NCBI GenBank assembly: GCA_036280235.1
Contig: DASURB010000024.1
Location: forward strand, 15,298-79,297
Source of the DNA: Nocardioides sp.
GTDB lineage: Bacteria > Actinomycetota > Actinomycetes > Propionibacteriales > Nocardioidaceae
Direction: 5' to 3'
Length of the DNA: 64,000 nucleotides
Made by a program: the position numbers and the translations under genes. Shown here one piece after another: positions 1-10,000 of the stretch; the first letter of the stretch is position 1, and each line of letters begins with the position of its first letter. The notes below the pieces were generated by a model. The model did not search any database. It saw only the letters and a program-made list of their open reading frames with translations, and was not told where the DNA came from.

Positions 1-79
1 CCAGCTCCTCGGTGGTTCGTGCGTAGATCCCGTCGTCGTCGACGCGCACGTCGGTCACCGGGATCGTCACGGCGGCCAT
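1..79 (-). CDS. 5' end of a CDS running off the window (MAAVTIPVTDVRVDDDGIYARTTEEL...)
   Basis: ATG at 79, open frame with GC3-rich codons to the window edge; function not assignable. Confidence 0.5.
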   Translation of the reverse strand, partial: MAAVTIPVTDVRVDDDGIYARTTEEL

Positions 80-239
80 GCTAGCCATCGGTGGATGGGA
101 TCCGGCGGGCGGCCGGTCGGGTTACCACCGTCTGCTGGGAAACCGGCGCAACCGGGCCGAAACTTCACGTGGGATCCGCCAGGAACGCGTGGGCAGCCCT
201 GTGGACAACCGGTCCGGCGGGTCGCCCGCCGCCGCGGCC

Positions 240-1208
240 TCAGGACTCCGGCGGGGTCCAGACGTCGGTGCGCTTCATGCCCGCGGCGCGGCCCTTGGCC
301 GAGATCACCAGCGCCATCTTGCGCGAGGCCTCGTCGATCATCTCGTCGCCGAGCATGACCGCGCCCTTCGCGCCGCCCTTCTCGGACGTGTAGTAGTCGT
401 AGGCGTCGAGGATGTTCTCGGCGTGGTCGTAGTCCGACTGCAGCGGGCTGAACACCTCGTTGGCGGCGGCGATCTGGTCCGGGTGCAGCGTCCACTTGCC
501 GTCGAAGCCGAGGGCGGCGGACCGGCCGGCGACGCGCTTGAAGCCGTCGAGGTCCTTGATCTGCAGGTACGGCCCGTCGATGGCCTGCTTGCCGTGGGCG
601 CGGGCCGCCATCAGGATCCGCATCAGGATGTAGTGGTAGGCGTCGCCGACGTCGTACCCGGGCGGCTGCTCGCCGACGACCAGGCTCTTCATGTTGATCG
701 ACGCCATGAAGTCGGCGGGGCCGAAGATGATCGTCTCCACGCGCGGGGAGGCGGTGGCGATCGCGTCGACGTTGATCAGGCCGAGGGCGTTCTCGATCTG
801 CGCCTCGATGCCGATCCGGCCGACCTCGTAGCCCATCGTGGTCTCGATCTGGGTGAGCAGCACGTCGAGCGCGACGACCTGCTCGGGGGTCTGCACCTTC
901 GGCAGCATGATGCAGTCGAGGTTGGCGCCGGCGCCCTCGACGACCTCGATCACGTCCTTGTATGTCCACTGGGTCGTCCAGTCGTTGACCCGAACGGTGC
1001 GCACCCGGTTGCCCCAGTCGCCGGTGTTGAGCACCTCGACGATGTTCTTGCGGGCATCGGGCTTGGCGATCGGCGCCACCGAGTCCTCGATGTCGAGGAA
1101 CACCTGGTCGGAGTCGAGGCCCTGGGCCTTCTCCAGGAACCGCGGGTTGGACCCGGGTACGGCGTGGCAGGAACGGCGGGAGCGCAGCGACTTCGTCTCG
1201 GAGGCCAT
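240..1208 (-). CDS. HpcH/HpaI aldolase / citrate lyase beta (CitE, malyl-CoA lyase-like)
   Basis: RRSCHAVPGSN, FLDIEDSVAP, MLPKV, FGPADF, GFDGKWTLHPDQI motifs; start taken at MASETK. Confidence 0.9.
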   Translation of the reverse strand: MASETKSLRSRRSCHAVPGSNPRFLEKAQGLDSDQVFLDIEDSVAPIAKPDARKNIVEVLNTGDWGNRVRTVRVNDWTTQWTYKDVIEVVEGAGANLDCIMLPKVQTPEQVVALDVLLTQIETTMGYEVGRIGIEAQIENALGLINVDAIATASPRVETIIFGPADFMASINMKSLVVGEQPPGYDVGDAYHYILMRILMAARAHGKQAIDGPYLQIKDLDGFKRVAGRSAALGFDGKWTLHPDQIAAANEVFSPLQSDYDHAENILDAYDYYTSEKGGAKGAVMLGDEMIDEASRKMALVISAKGRAAGMKRTDVWTPPES

Positions 1209-1275
1209 GAGCGGGAATGTAGCCACCGGCACGCGCGCAGCGGCACCCCCGAGCCCCGTGTCATATCCCACAGGG

Positions 1276-2169
1276 CTAGGCAGGGGGTGCTTCCTTCGGC
1301 ACCGGCGCGCGGTTGCTGACGATCACCAGCGCCATGCCCGCGACCATCACCGCGAGCCCGACGAGGGCGGCCACCGGCGGCCGCTGGCCCAGGATCAGCG
1401 CGGCCAGCAGCGAGGCACCCGGGACCTCCAGCAGCAGCGCGAGCGAGACGTAGACCGGCGAGGTCGTGGCCAGCAGGTGGTTGAACACCGAGTGCCCCAT
1501 CAGCTGCGCGGTCGCGGTCACCGCGAGCAGCAGCGCCCACTGCGACGGCGGGTAGCCGGTCAGCTCCTGCCCCGACACCAGGCACGCCACCGCCAGCAGC
1601 ACGGCGCAGGAGCCGTAGCAGACGAAGGTGTACGTCGTCGTGCTCGTGTGCTGCCGCGCGTGCCCGCCGATCACGGTGTACGCCGCCGCGGCCATCCCGC
1701 CGACGAGCGCCAGCAGGTCGCCGACGAGGTATCGCGTCGACAGGGAGAAGTCGACGCCCGACACGACCAGCACACCGGCGAACGCGAGCGCCAGCCCGGC
1801 CAGCACCCGCGCGCCGAAACGCTCGCCGCGGGTCGTCTGCCACAGCACGATCCAGGCGAGCTGCAGGCACACGATCGCGGTCGCCGACGACACCGACGTG
1901 TAGAACAGCGACGTCACCCAGGTGCCGAAGTGCAGCGCGAGCATCACCCCGCTGAGCAGCACCAGCCCGAGCCGCCGGCCGCGCATCTCGCGCAGCTCGT
2001 CGCGCCGGCGTACCACCGCACCAGGGGCCAGCACGACCGTCGCGAACGCGTTGCGCCAGAACGCGATCGCCAGCGCCGGCACCATCGCGGCCGCCATCAG
2101 CGGGCCGGACAACGACACCGCCACGACACCCACGGCCATCAGCACGAGCGTGCGCACGGAGCCGGTCAC
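1276..2169 (-). CDS. DMT/EamA family transporter
   Basis: About 10 hydrophobic segments, two EamA repeats, ALHFGTW and GDLLAL motifs. Confidence 0.85.
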   Translation of the reverse strand: MTGSVRTLVLMAVGVVAVSLSGPLMAAAMVPALAIAFWRNAFATVVLAPGAVVRRRDELREMRGRRLGLVLLSGVMLALHFGTWVTSLFYTSVSSATAIVCLQLAWIVLWQTTRGERFGARVLAGLALAFAGVLVVSGVDFSLSTRYLVGDLLALVGGMAAAAYTVIGGHARQHTSTTTYTFVCYGSCAVLLAVACLVSGQELTGYPPSQWALLLAVTATAQLMGHSVFNHLLATTSPVYVSLALLLEVPGASLLAALILGQRPPVAALVGLAVMVAGMALVIVSNRAPVPKEAPPA

Positions 2170-2193
2170 GCCGGCAATCCTGACGGAGGTCGG

Positions 2194-4506
2194 TCAGTTC
2201 GCGATCAGCGGCACCGTCCGGGTCGCCAGCACGCCGGGCCGCGACCAGTGCAGGAAGTCGAGGTGGAGCTGGTAGGTCCCCCGCTTCGGCGCCTGGACGA
2301 GCGCGTCGTACTTCTCCGCCGAGCCGAACGCGATGACCGACGTCATCAGCGGCGTCCCGGCGTCGTGCAGGCTGGGCGCGTGCTCCCCCGGCCGCGACGT
2401 GTCGCGGAAGGGACGGCCGTCGTGGGCGATGAGCTCGGCGATGGCCGCCGGGTTGCCCTTCGCATCGGTGAAGCGCGCGCGGGTCGGGAAGTAGTTCAGG
2501 TTCAGCAGCCGGATCAGCGACGGAAAGCCCGAGTCCGCGGTTGTGATCTGGAGGCTCTTCGGCGACCAGACGTCGCTGGACGGCCTCGGTCGCGCGAGGG
2601 ACCCACCCAGCACGTAGAAGAACTTGGGGTCGAAGCGGTGCAGTCCGACGTCCTCCCCGGAGAGCCCCGCGGCGTGGTTGAGCTCGTGCCACCGCGGGTC
2701 CAGCGCGTACGGCGCGATCAGGGCCTCCGTGGCGACGTCGTACAGCGGTCCGTCGACGAAGGGACGCCGGGCTCCCGGCTGGACGGGGAAGTCGGGGTGC
2801 ACCCACGGGTCCACCACGATCGGTCCGGCCATGCCCATCTGCACGTGCAGGACGGTGTTCACGTGGCAGTGGTAGAAGTACGTCCCGGCCGCACCGACGT
2901 TCGGGTTGCCGGGCTCGCCGGGTTCGGTGCGCCACTGGTAGGTGTAGGAGCCCGACACCTCGAACGACGTGTGCCCGACCCCGTCGTTGAACGGGTCCGG
3001 CTCGATCCCGTGGTGGTGGATCGTGTGCGAGCGCTTGGACGCCTCCAGGGTCACGTGCACGACCTGACCCTCCGTCACGCGAATCGTCGGTGCCGGGAAG
3101 CGGCGCCCGGACCGGTCGTCCTCGAAGCTCCAGATCTCGAACTCACGGCCGTCGGGGAACTCCAGCTCCCGGCTGAAGAAGTCGCGCACGAACCGGACGT
3201 CGGGCTTCTCCCGGAACGGGGTCGCCGGCGAGCCCTCCCGCGGCTGGCGTGAGGCGAACTCGGCCTGGGTGGCGAACATCTCGTGCTCCACCTGCTGCCG
3301 GGGGCCGGGCGCCGCCACGACCCAGTGCCCCACGAGGCCGCCGGGGTAGAGGCCGCCGGCCGCGGTCTGCGACGGCTCGGCGTGGCAGTGCATCGGGTAG
3401 ACCCAGTCCTCGTTTCGGGCGTTCCAGGTCCGGTCCGGTGTGTCGGGCGGGCGCTTGACCGGCAGCACCACGACCTTGCGATCCAGCGGGTTGAGCTCGA
3501 CGACGTCCTCCCACTGCTGGACGACGGCGTGGCCCTCCCCGTCCACCCGACCGTCACGGCGCGGGAAGTCGATCCCGTTGCGACGGACCGTCCACACGTG
3601 GTTGCCGTGGAAGTGCATCTGGTGGATCACGACGCCGGTGTTGACCATGCGGATGAGCTGGCCGGGCCCGACGCCGGGTGGCAGGTCCTCGCTGTCGAGC
3701 TCCCGTACGTCGACGTCCCGGGCGGACCCGCCGGGAAGCGTGTCCTCGTGGGTGATCTCGTTCGCGGCCTCGTCCTTGCTGGCCGCGAGCGAGCGGAAGC
3801 CGCTGCGGTCGTTCAGCATGAAGTACCGCGGCAGGACCGGCGTCTGTTCCGGGTTGACCCGCTGCCCGGCGCGCGCCTTGGCCGCCCAGACGGGATCGAC
3901 GTCGTGGCAGATCCACAGCCACTGCCGCTCGAACTCGGTGTTGCCCGGGGCGAGCGACCACTGCGCGTCCGGGTCGATGACGACAAGCACACCGTGCAGG
4001 CCGAGGACCCGCTCCACCGGCGCGTTGGTCGGGTCGTGGTAGATGAACGTCCCCGGCCGCGGTGCCGGGAAGGACACGGTCTGCTGGCCGCCCGGCGGAA
4101 TCGGCCCGGTGTCGACGACGTTCTCGATCCTGAGCGCGTGCGTCTCGGCCAGCGTGTTGTGCACGCGGAGCGTGATGGTGCTGCCCACCTCCGCGATGAT
4201 GGTCCGCTCCGGGAAGTAGCTCGCCCAGAAGCGTCGGCGGACCTCACTCACCCCGGGGAGCGTCGGGTGCGGCCCCAGCGGGTCGGGGCGTCCCTCGGGC
4301 GGCAGCTCCGCGTCGAGCGGGTAGGTGCGACTGCGCACCACCCGCCCGTCGGCGAGGATCACGTGCGGCCGCACGCGCAGGTTCGGGCTGGTGCCGCCCG
4401 CCTGGTTGGGTGCGTCACCGAAGCCCCGCATGTAGACGAGCCGGTCGTCGACCATCGGCACGAGACCGTCGTTCATGTAGAGATCCAGCACCTCGCTCAT
4501 CGTCAT
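2194..4506 (-). CDS. Multicopper oxidase-like protein with four cupredoxin domains, no evident signal peptide
   Basis: HQMHFHG, YPMHCH, HTIHHHG, YHCHVNTVLHVQMGM copper motifs; ATG at 4506 overlaps the upstream stop (ATGA). Confidence 0.85.
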   Translation of the reverse strand: MTMSEVLDLYMNDGLVPMVDDRLVYMRGFGDAPNQAGGTSPNLRVRPHVILADGRVVRSRTYPLDAELPPEGRPDPLGPHPTLPGVSEVRRRFWASYFPERTIIAEVGSTITLRVHNTLAETHALRIENVVDTGPIPPGGQQTVSFPAPRPGTFIYHDPTNAPVERVLGLHGVLVVIDPDAQWSLAPGNTEFERQWLWICHDVDPVWAAKARAGQRVNPEQTPVLPRYFMLNDRSGFRSLAASKDEAANEITHEDTLPGGSARDVDVRELDSEDLPPGVGPGQLIRMVNTGVVIHQMHFHGNHVWTVRRNGIDFPRRDGRVDGEGHAVVQQWEDVVELNPLDRKVVVLPVKRPPDTPDRTWNARNEDWVYPMHCHAEPSQTAAGGLYPGGLVGHWVVAAPGPRQQVEHEMFATQAEFASRQPREGSPATPFREKPDVRFVRDFFSRELEFPDGREFEIWSFEDDRSGRRFPAPTIRVTEGQVVHVTLEASKRSHTIHHHGIEPDPFNDGVGHTSFEVSGSYTYQWRTEPGEPGNPNVGAAGTYFYHCHVNTVLHVQMGMAGPIVVDPWVHPDFPVQPGARRPFVDGPLYDVATEALIAPYALDPRWHELNHAAGLSGEDVGLHRFDPKFFYVLGGSLARPRPSSDVWSPKSLQITTADSGFPSLIRLLNLNYFPTRARFTDAKGNPAAIAELIAHDGRPFRDTSRPGEHAPSLHDAGTPLMTSVIAFGSAEKYDALVQAPKRGTYQLHLDFLHWSRPGVLATRTVPLIAN

Positions 4507-5078
4507 CCCCCGTGGTGGTCGTCGGTTCGCTCGTTGATCGGCACGAAGCGTCGTGCGGCGGCGGTGAGGACGGGAAGGTCCAGCCGCAGTGCCTCCAGCG
4601 CGCCCGGTTCGGTGAACTCGAAGTGGCCGACCGCGCCGTCGTGCGGCACCAGGAAGGTCATCCGGGCCAGCGCGGACGACCGGGGCGGCACGGTGAGCCG
4701 GTTGGGCGACGCGTCGTACGCCGTCACCGCCGGGCCGCCGAGGATCCGGGCGCGGAACTGCCCGGACGGCAGGAGCTGCGGGAGCGACGTGCGGTTGCGC
4801 AGCGCGACCGTCGCGGTGAGTGCGTCCCGCCAGACTCCGTGTCGCAGCGGCCGGCCGCCGGCCGCCTGAGCGGCGGAGACCAGGGTCACGGCCAGGACGG
4901 TGACGTCGCCGAACGACGTCGTGAGCGGCTGTGCGGCGGGTGGTCCCGCACGCATCAGTGAGGGCACGAGCACCCACGCGGCTAGCCCCCCGGCGACCGT
5001 CCCGCCGAGCTGGAGAGCCGTGCGGCGGGAGAGTCCCGTGGCCGGGAGGCTGAGGTCTACTTCCTCAGCATCGGTCAC
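4503..5078 (-). CDS. Twin-arginine signal/anchor protein with probable Ig-like (DUF4352-like) beta-rich domain
   Basis: LSRRTALQLGG followed by a hydrophobic stretch; translationally coupled to the oxidase; start uncertain. Confidence 0.65.
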   Translation of the reverse strand: MTDAEEVDLSLPATGLSRRTALQLGGTVAGGLAAWVLVPSLMRAGPPAAQPLTTSFGDVTVLAVTLVSAAQAAGGRPLRHGVWRDALTATVALRNRTSLPQLLPSGQFRARILGGPAVTAYDASPNRLTVPPRSSALARMTFLVPHDGAVGHFEFTEPGALEALRLDLPVLTAAARRFVPINERTDDHHGG

Positions 5079-5131
5079 ATAGTCACGATGCAAGCCCGGA
5101 CCTTGGAGTTTCCTTGTGGCAGGCTCGACCC

Positions 5132-5683
5132 GTGACGGAACCGGACCTCGTCCCCGCACTGATCGCCGAGCTCGGCAAGAAGACCGGGGTGTCGTGGCTG
5201 ACCTACGCCACCGGCTACGACGACACGAAGCACACGCACGCCGCGTGGCACGTGTGGGTCGAGACCGAGGAGCACGGCGGAGCCTTGTACGTCGTATCCG
5301 GCGGCGACGAGCAGCACCTCCCCGGCATAGAGCAGGCCGACCGCGTCGAGGTCACCATGCGCAGCAAGGAGAACGGCGGCCGCCTCGTCACCTGGGTCGC
5401 CGAGCCGTCGCGGGTGACGCCCGACGACCCCGCCTGGGACACGGTGACCGCCGCACTGGCGGCCGGCCGGCTCAACCTCGACGACCTCACGACCGCGGCG
5501 CGGAAGTGGGCGCAGTCGAGCGTGATCACCCGGCTGAAGCCCACCGGCGAGACCGTCGAGCAGCCCGGCGAGCTGTCCGCCGACGACCACCGGGCGACGC
5601 CCCGTGAGACGCCGGCCATCACGCGCGGGCGGCTTCCCAGGGTGCTGCACCGGCGGGTCAAGCGCCGGCCGCGACTGTCCTGA
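5132..5683 (+). CDS. Conserved actinobacterial protein, split-barrel (PNPOx-like) fold likely
   Basis: AWHVW, GGDEQHLPG, RSKENGGRLVTW pattern; typical codon usage. Confidence 0.65.
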   Translation: MTEPDLVPALIAELGKKTGVSWLTYATGYDDTKHTHAAWHVWVETEEHGGALYVVSGGDEQHLPGIEQADRVEVTMRSKENGGRLVTWVAEPSRVTPDDPAWDTVTAALAAGRLNLDDLTTAARKWAQSSVITRLKPTGETVEQPGELSADDHRATPRETPAITRGRLPRVLHRRVKRRPRLS

Positions 5684-6571
5684 TCAGAGGACCGGGATCT
5701 CGATCTCGCCGGCCGCGACGGTCTGCACCGCGCCGGCCACGTGGCACTGCGTCGGGCGCCCGTCGGCGTCGACCTCGACGCGCCCGTGCAGCGTCGACGG
5801 CCGGCCCATCTCGATGCCCTGGCGGATCGTGTAGGTGCCGCCCCGCGGCAGCCGGCCGGTCTCGACGAGCGCGATGCCCAGCCCCGCCGCGGCCGAGCCG
5901 GTGGCCGGGTCCTCCGGCACCGACAGGCCCGGCACGAACACCCGTGAGTGCACCGCCACGCCGTCGCCGTCCGGGGTCGCCGCGTAGACGTTGACGCCGT
6001 CGAGCGGGTCGCGCACGTCCGGCAGGTCGTCGTAGTCCGAGAACGGCCGCCCTGGGACGTGCACGCGGCGGAGCGCGTCGTCGACGACCGGCACGTGCGC
6101 GAACGACAACCCGCAGCCGGCGATCCAGACCGGCCCGTCCAGGTCGCTCGGGAACAGGCCGAGGTCGGCCAGCAGCCGCGACACGAACCGGCCGCCGTGC
6201 CCGACGGAGTCGCGCGGCACCGCGGACAGCTCGACGACGCGCTCGCCGGAGAACCGCACGCCGACCGGTCCGGCGCCGCACTGCTGGGTCGCCGACTCGC
6301 CGGTCAGCTCGCCGCGCGAGCGGAGCACCCACGCCGTGCCGAGCGTCGGGTGCCCGGCGAACGGGATCTCGCTGCCCGGCGTGAAGATGCGTACGGCGTA
6401 CTCGTCGTCGGACCGCGGCACCGGGAACGTGGTCTCGGAGTAGTTGAACTCCTTGGCGATCGCCTGGCACTGCTCGGTGGACAGGTCGCCCGCCCCGTGC
6501 ACGACGGCGAGCTGGTTGCCCGCGAACGGTCGCTCGGTGAACACGTCCACGATGTCGTACGCCAGCCGCAT
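5684..6571 (-). CDS. PhzF family isomerase/epimerase
   Basis: [42 protein letters not shown]. Confidence 0.92.
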   Translation of the reverse strand: MRLAYDIVDVFTERPFAGNQLAVVHGAGDLSTEQCQAIAKEFNYSETTFPVPRSDDEYAVRIFTPGSEIPFAGHPTLGTAWVLRSRGELTGESATQQCGAGPVGVRFSGERVVELSAVPRDSVGHGGRFVSRLLADLGLFPSDLDGPVWIAGCGLSFAHVPVVDDALRRVHVPGRPFSDYDDLPDVRDPLDGVNVYAATPDGDGVAVHSRVFVPGLSVPEDPATGSAAAGLGIALVETGRLPRGGTYTIRQGIEMGRPSTLHGRVEVDADGRPTQCHVAGAVQTVAAGEIEIPVL

Positions 6572-6614
6572 GGCGGCCAGTCAACCAGACGCCTTACGGC
6601 TAACGTGTCTGCAC

Positions 6615-7892
6615 GTGAGCACATCGCCGACCAGGGTCTTCGTCGCACGTCTCGCCGGCGTGCAGGTGTTCGACCCTGCCGGCGACCAGGTCGGCAAGAT
6701 CCGCGACATCGTCGTGGTGCTCCGTCCCGGTGGTCTCCCGCCGCGCGTGCTCGGGCTCGTCGTCGAGGTGTTCGGCCGTCGGTCGATCTTCGTGCCGATG
6801 ACCCGGGTGACGAGCATCGACGCCGGCCAGGTGATCACCACCGGGCTGGTCAACATGCGCCGGTTCGAGCAGCGCCCGACGGAGACGCTGGTCTTCGGCC
6901 AGATGCTCGACCGCCGCGTGACGATCAAGGAGACCGGCGTCCAGGGCCTGGTCTACGACATGGCGATGGAGCAGGTCCGCAACCGCGACTGGGTGATCAG
7001 CCGCGTCGCGATCCAGGAGGGCCCGGCCAAGCGGTTCGGTCGCCGCGGCCAGACCCACCAGGTCGAGTGGCGTGACATCGAGGGCTTCGCTCCGCCCGAG
7101 GAGGCACAGGGCGCGACCCACCTGCTCGCGGCGCTCGAGGAGATGCGCCCGGCCGACCTCGCCCACGTCATCCACGACCTGCCGCCGAAGCGCCGCGCCG
7201 AGATCGCCGCCGCGCTCGACGACGAGCGGCTCGCCGACGTGCTGGAGGAGCTGCCCGAGGAGGACCAGGTCGAGATCATCGGTGCGCTCAACAGCGAGCG
7301 CGCCGCGGACGTGCTCGAGGAGATGTCCCCCGACGACGCGGCCGACCTGATCGCCGAGCTGCCACATGACACCGCCGAGGCGCTGCTCCTGCTGATGGAC
7401 CCCGAGGAGGCGGAGGACGTCCGGCGGCTGATGTCCTACGAGGAGCACACCGCCGGCGGCATGATGACCACCGAGCCGGTGATCCTCCCGCCCGACGCGA
7501 CGATCGCCGACGCGCTCGCGCACGTCCGGCAGGCCGAGCTCAGCCCGTCGCTGGCCGCTCTCGTGTACGTCGTACGCCCGCCGCTCGAGCCGCCGACCGG
7601 CCGGCTGCTGGGCGTCGCGCACATCCAGCGGTTGCTCCGCGAGCCGCCGTCGTCGCTGATCGGCGGCGCGCTCGACACCGACATCGAACCGCTGCGTCCG
7701 AGCTCCACGCTGGAGGAGGTGGCGCGGCACCTGGCCACCTACAACCTCGTCGCGGCACCCGTCGTCGACGCCGACGGACGGCTGGTCGGGGCGGTGACCG
7801 TCGACGACCTGCTCGACCACCTGCTGCCCGAGAACTGGCGTGACACCCCGGCCCCGCTGCGCGGCGTCGGCGACTGGAGGGGCCGTGGCTAG
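6615..7892 (+). CDS. MgtE N-terminal/PRC-barrel/CBS domain protein
   Basis: PRC-like N-terminus, acidic MgtE-N repeats, AGGMMTTEP, two CBS domains (GAVTVDD). Confidence 0.88.
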   Translation: MSTSPTRVFVARLAGVQVFDPAGDQVGKIRDIVVVLRPGGLPPRVLGLVVEVFGRRSIFVPMTRVTSIDAGQVITTGLVNMRRFEQRPTETLVFGQMLDRRVTIKETGVQGLVYDMAMEQVRNRDWVISRVAIQEGPAKRFGRRGQTHQVEWRDIEGFAPPEEAQGATHLLAALEEMRPADLAHVIHDLPPKRRAEIAAALDDERLADVLEELPEEDQVEIIGALNSERAADVLEEMSPDDAADLIAELPHDTAEALLLLMDPEEAEDVRRLMSYEEHTAGGMMTTEPVILPPDATIADALAHVRQAELSPSLAALVYVVRPPLEPPTGRLLGVAHIQRLLREPPSSLIGGALDTDIEPLRPSSTLEEVARHLATYNLVAAPVVDADGRLVGAVTVDDLLDHLLPENWRDTPAPLRGVGDWRGRG

Positions 7893-8427
7893 GCGCGAGG
7901 AGCGCGCCGGCCGCCTCGACCAGCCGAAGGAGACCCGGCGCCCGCTGATCCGCCGGCCGGAGGTGGACGCCGACCGCTTCGGCCGCTTCGCGGAGCAGTT
8001 CGCGCGGTTCATGGGGACCGCACGGTTCCTGATGTACATGACGCTGTTCGTCGCGGCGTGGCTGTTGTGGAACTGGCTGGCCCCGGGCTCGCTGCCGTTC
8101 GACGAGTACCCGTTCATCTTCCTGACGCTGATGCTCAGCCTGCAGGCGTCGTACGCCGCTCCGCTGATCCTGCTGGCGCAGAACCGCCAGGAGGACCGCG
8201 ACCGGGTGATCGCGGAGCAGGACCGGCAGGCCAACGCCCGTGCGCACGCCGACATGGAGTTCCTGGCGCGCGAGATGGCCAGCCTCCGGATGGCGCTCGG
8301 CGAGGTGGCCACCCGCGACTACATCCGCTCCGAGCTGCGCGCGCTGCTCAACGAGCTCGAGGACAAGGAGCGCCGTGCTCGCGACCACGCCGAGTCCGGC
8401 GACCCGGACCGCGACGGGCCGGCGTAG
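7885..8427 (+). CDS. DUF1003 membrane protein
   Basis: FDEYPFIFLTLMLSLQASYAAPLILLAQNRQ signature; usual neighbour of mgtE-N and mrp. Confidence 0.9.
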   Translation: MARREERAGRLDQPKETRRPLIRRPEVDADRFGRFAEQFARFMGTARFLMYMTLFVAAWLLWNWLAPGSLPFDEYPFIFLTLMLSLQASYAAPLILLAQNRQEDRDRVIAEQDRQANARAHADMEFLAREMASLRMALGEVATRDYIRSELRALLNELEDKERRARDHAESGDPDRDGPA

Positions 8428-8449
8428 CCCCGGGCCGTAGGCTGGACGC

Positions 8450-9631
8450 ATGGTTTCCCCCGCTCTCGACGCGATCCAGGCTGCGCTGGCGACGGTCAAC
8501 GACCCCGAGATCCGACGCCCGATCACCGAGCTCGGCATGGTCGACTCCGTGGAGGCCGGTGACGACGGCGTCGTCCATGTCAAGGTGCTGCTGACGGTCG
8601 CGGGCTGCCCGTTGAAGGACACCATCACCCGCGACGTCAACGCCGCGCTGGCCAAGGTCCCCGGCGTCACCGCGGTCGACCTGTCGCTCGGCGTGATGAG
8701 CCCGGAGCAGCGCTCGGGCCTGCAGCAGCAGCTGCGGGGCGGACAGGCGCAGAAGGAGATCCCGTTCGCCCAGCCGGGCTCGCTGACCAAGGTCTACGCG
8801 ATCGCCAGCGGCAAGGGCGGCGTAGGCAAGTCCTCGGTGACCGTGAACCTCGCCGCCGCGATGGCCCAGCAGGGCCTCAAGGTCGGCATCGTCGACGCGG
8901 ACATCTACGGCCACTCGGTCCCGGCCATGCTCGGCGTCGGAGACACCCGGCCGACCCAGGTCGAGGACATGATCATGCCGGTGCCGACGCCGCTGAGCCG
9001 CGAGCACAGCGGCGAGCTGTCGGTCATCTCGATCGGCATGCTCAAGCCGCGCCGCGACCAGGTCGTCGCCTGGCGCGGCCCGATGCTCGACCGGGCGCTG
9101 GTGCAGATGCTCAGCGACGTGTACTGGGGCGACCTCGACGCGCTGTTCCTCGACCTGCCGCCCGGCACCGGTGACATCGCGATCTCGCTCGGCCAGCACC
9201 TGCCCAACGCCGAGGTGGTCGTGGTGACGACGCCGCAGGAGGCGGCGGCCGAGGTCGCCGAGCGCGCCGGCACGATGGCCTCGATGATGCACCAGCGCGT
9301 CGTGGGCGTCGTCGAGAACATGTCGTACCTGCCCTGCCCGCACTGCGCGGAGGAGGGCCGCGAGCACCGCCTCGAGGTGTTCGGCAGCGGCGGCGGCGCG
9401 CGCGTGGCAGCCACGCTGTCGAGCCGGTTCGGCTACGACGTACCCGTGCTCGGTGAGATCCCGCTCGACCTCGACCTGCGCGCCGGCGGTGACACCGGCA
9501 ACCCGATCGTCGTGTCCCACCCGGACTCCGCCGCGGGCGCCGCGCTGAACCGGGTCGCGTCCACGCTGTCGGGACGCGGCCGCGGTCTCGCAGGAATGCA
9601 ACTAGGACTCACTCCCGCCGGTAGGCTCTAG
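8450..9631 (+). CDS. mrp: Mrp/NBP35 (ApbC) Fe-S carrier ATPase
   Basis: SGKGGVGKS, DADIYG, DLPPGTGD, ENMS..CPHC; TAGGCT 6 nt before ATG suggests leaderless mRNA. Confidence 0.93.
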   Translation: MVSPALDAIQAALATVNDPEIRRPITELGMVDSVEAGDDGVVHVKVLLTVAGCPLKDTITRDVNAALAKVPGVTAVDLSLGVMSPEQRSGLQQQLRGGQAQKEIPFAQPGSLTKVYAIASGKGGVGKSSVTVNLAAAMAQQGLKVGIVDADIYGHSVPAMLGVGDTRPTQVEDMIMPVPTPLSREHSGELSVISIGMLKPRRDQVVAWRGPMLDRALVQMLSDVYWGDLDALFLDLPPGTGDIAISLGQHLPNAEVVVVTTPQEAAAEVAERAGTMASMMHQRVVGVVENMSYLPCPHCAEEGREHRLEVFGSGGGARVAATLSSRFGYDVPVLGEIPLDLDLRAGGDTGNPIVVSHPDSAAGAALNRVASTLSGRGRGLAGMQLGLTPAGRL

Positions 9632-9633
9632 GC

Positions 9634-9975
9634 GTGTTCGGAGTCGGCCTGCCGGAGTTGGCCGTCATCGTCGTGGTGGCGCTCCTGGTCTTCGGGCCCG
9701 ACCGGCTCCCCGAGTTCGCCCGTCAGGCCGGCCGGATGGTCCGGCAGGTCAAGAAGTTCTCCGAGGCCGCGCGCGACGATATCCGCGCCGAGCTCGGGCC
9801 GGAGTACGCCGACTTCGACCTGCGCGACCTCGACCCGCGACGTGCCGTGCGCAAGTACATCGACCAGGCCTGGGACGAGACCGACGACGACCCGCGCCCG
9901 AAGCCCTACGAGCACCCTGGCCGGCGCCCGCTGGAGCCCGGCGAGAAGCCGCCGTACGACGTCGACGCGACCTGA
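9634..9975 (+). CDS. tatB: Sec-independent translocase TatB
   Basis: MFGVGLPEL..FGPDRLP, ELGPE; conserved position between mrp and htrA. Confidence 0.9.
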   Translation: MFGVGLPELAVIVVVALLVFGPDRLPEFARQAGRMVRQVKKFSEAARDDIRAELGPEYADFDLRDLDPRRAVRKYIDQAWDETDDDPRPKPYEHPGRRPLEPGEKPPYDVDAT

Positions 9976-10000
9976 CGCAGGCCCCGGCCGGCCCTGCGGT

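Noticed and set aside
200-208. Perfect actinobacterial DnaA box (TTGTCCACA, minus strand)
   Set aside because: Single copy, no cluster or AT-rich unwinding element; not an origin
4507-4977. N-terminal extension making the oxidase 927 aa
   Set aside because: Arg/Pro-rich off-frame translation overlapping the Tat-signal gene; ATGA coupling supports 4506
5684-6571. PhzF as a sign of phenazine biosynthesis
   Set aside because: No phzA/B/D/E/G nearby; stand-alone PhzF-family genes are common
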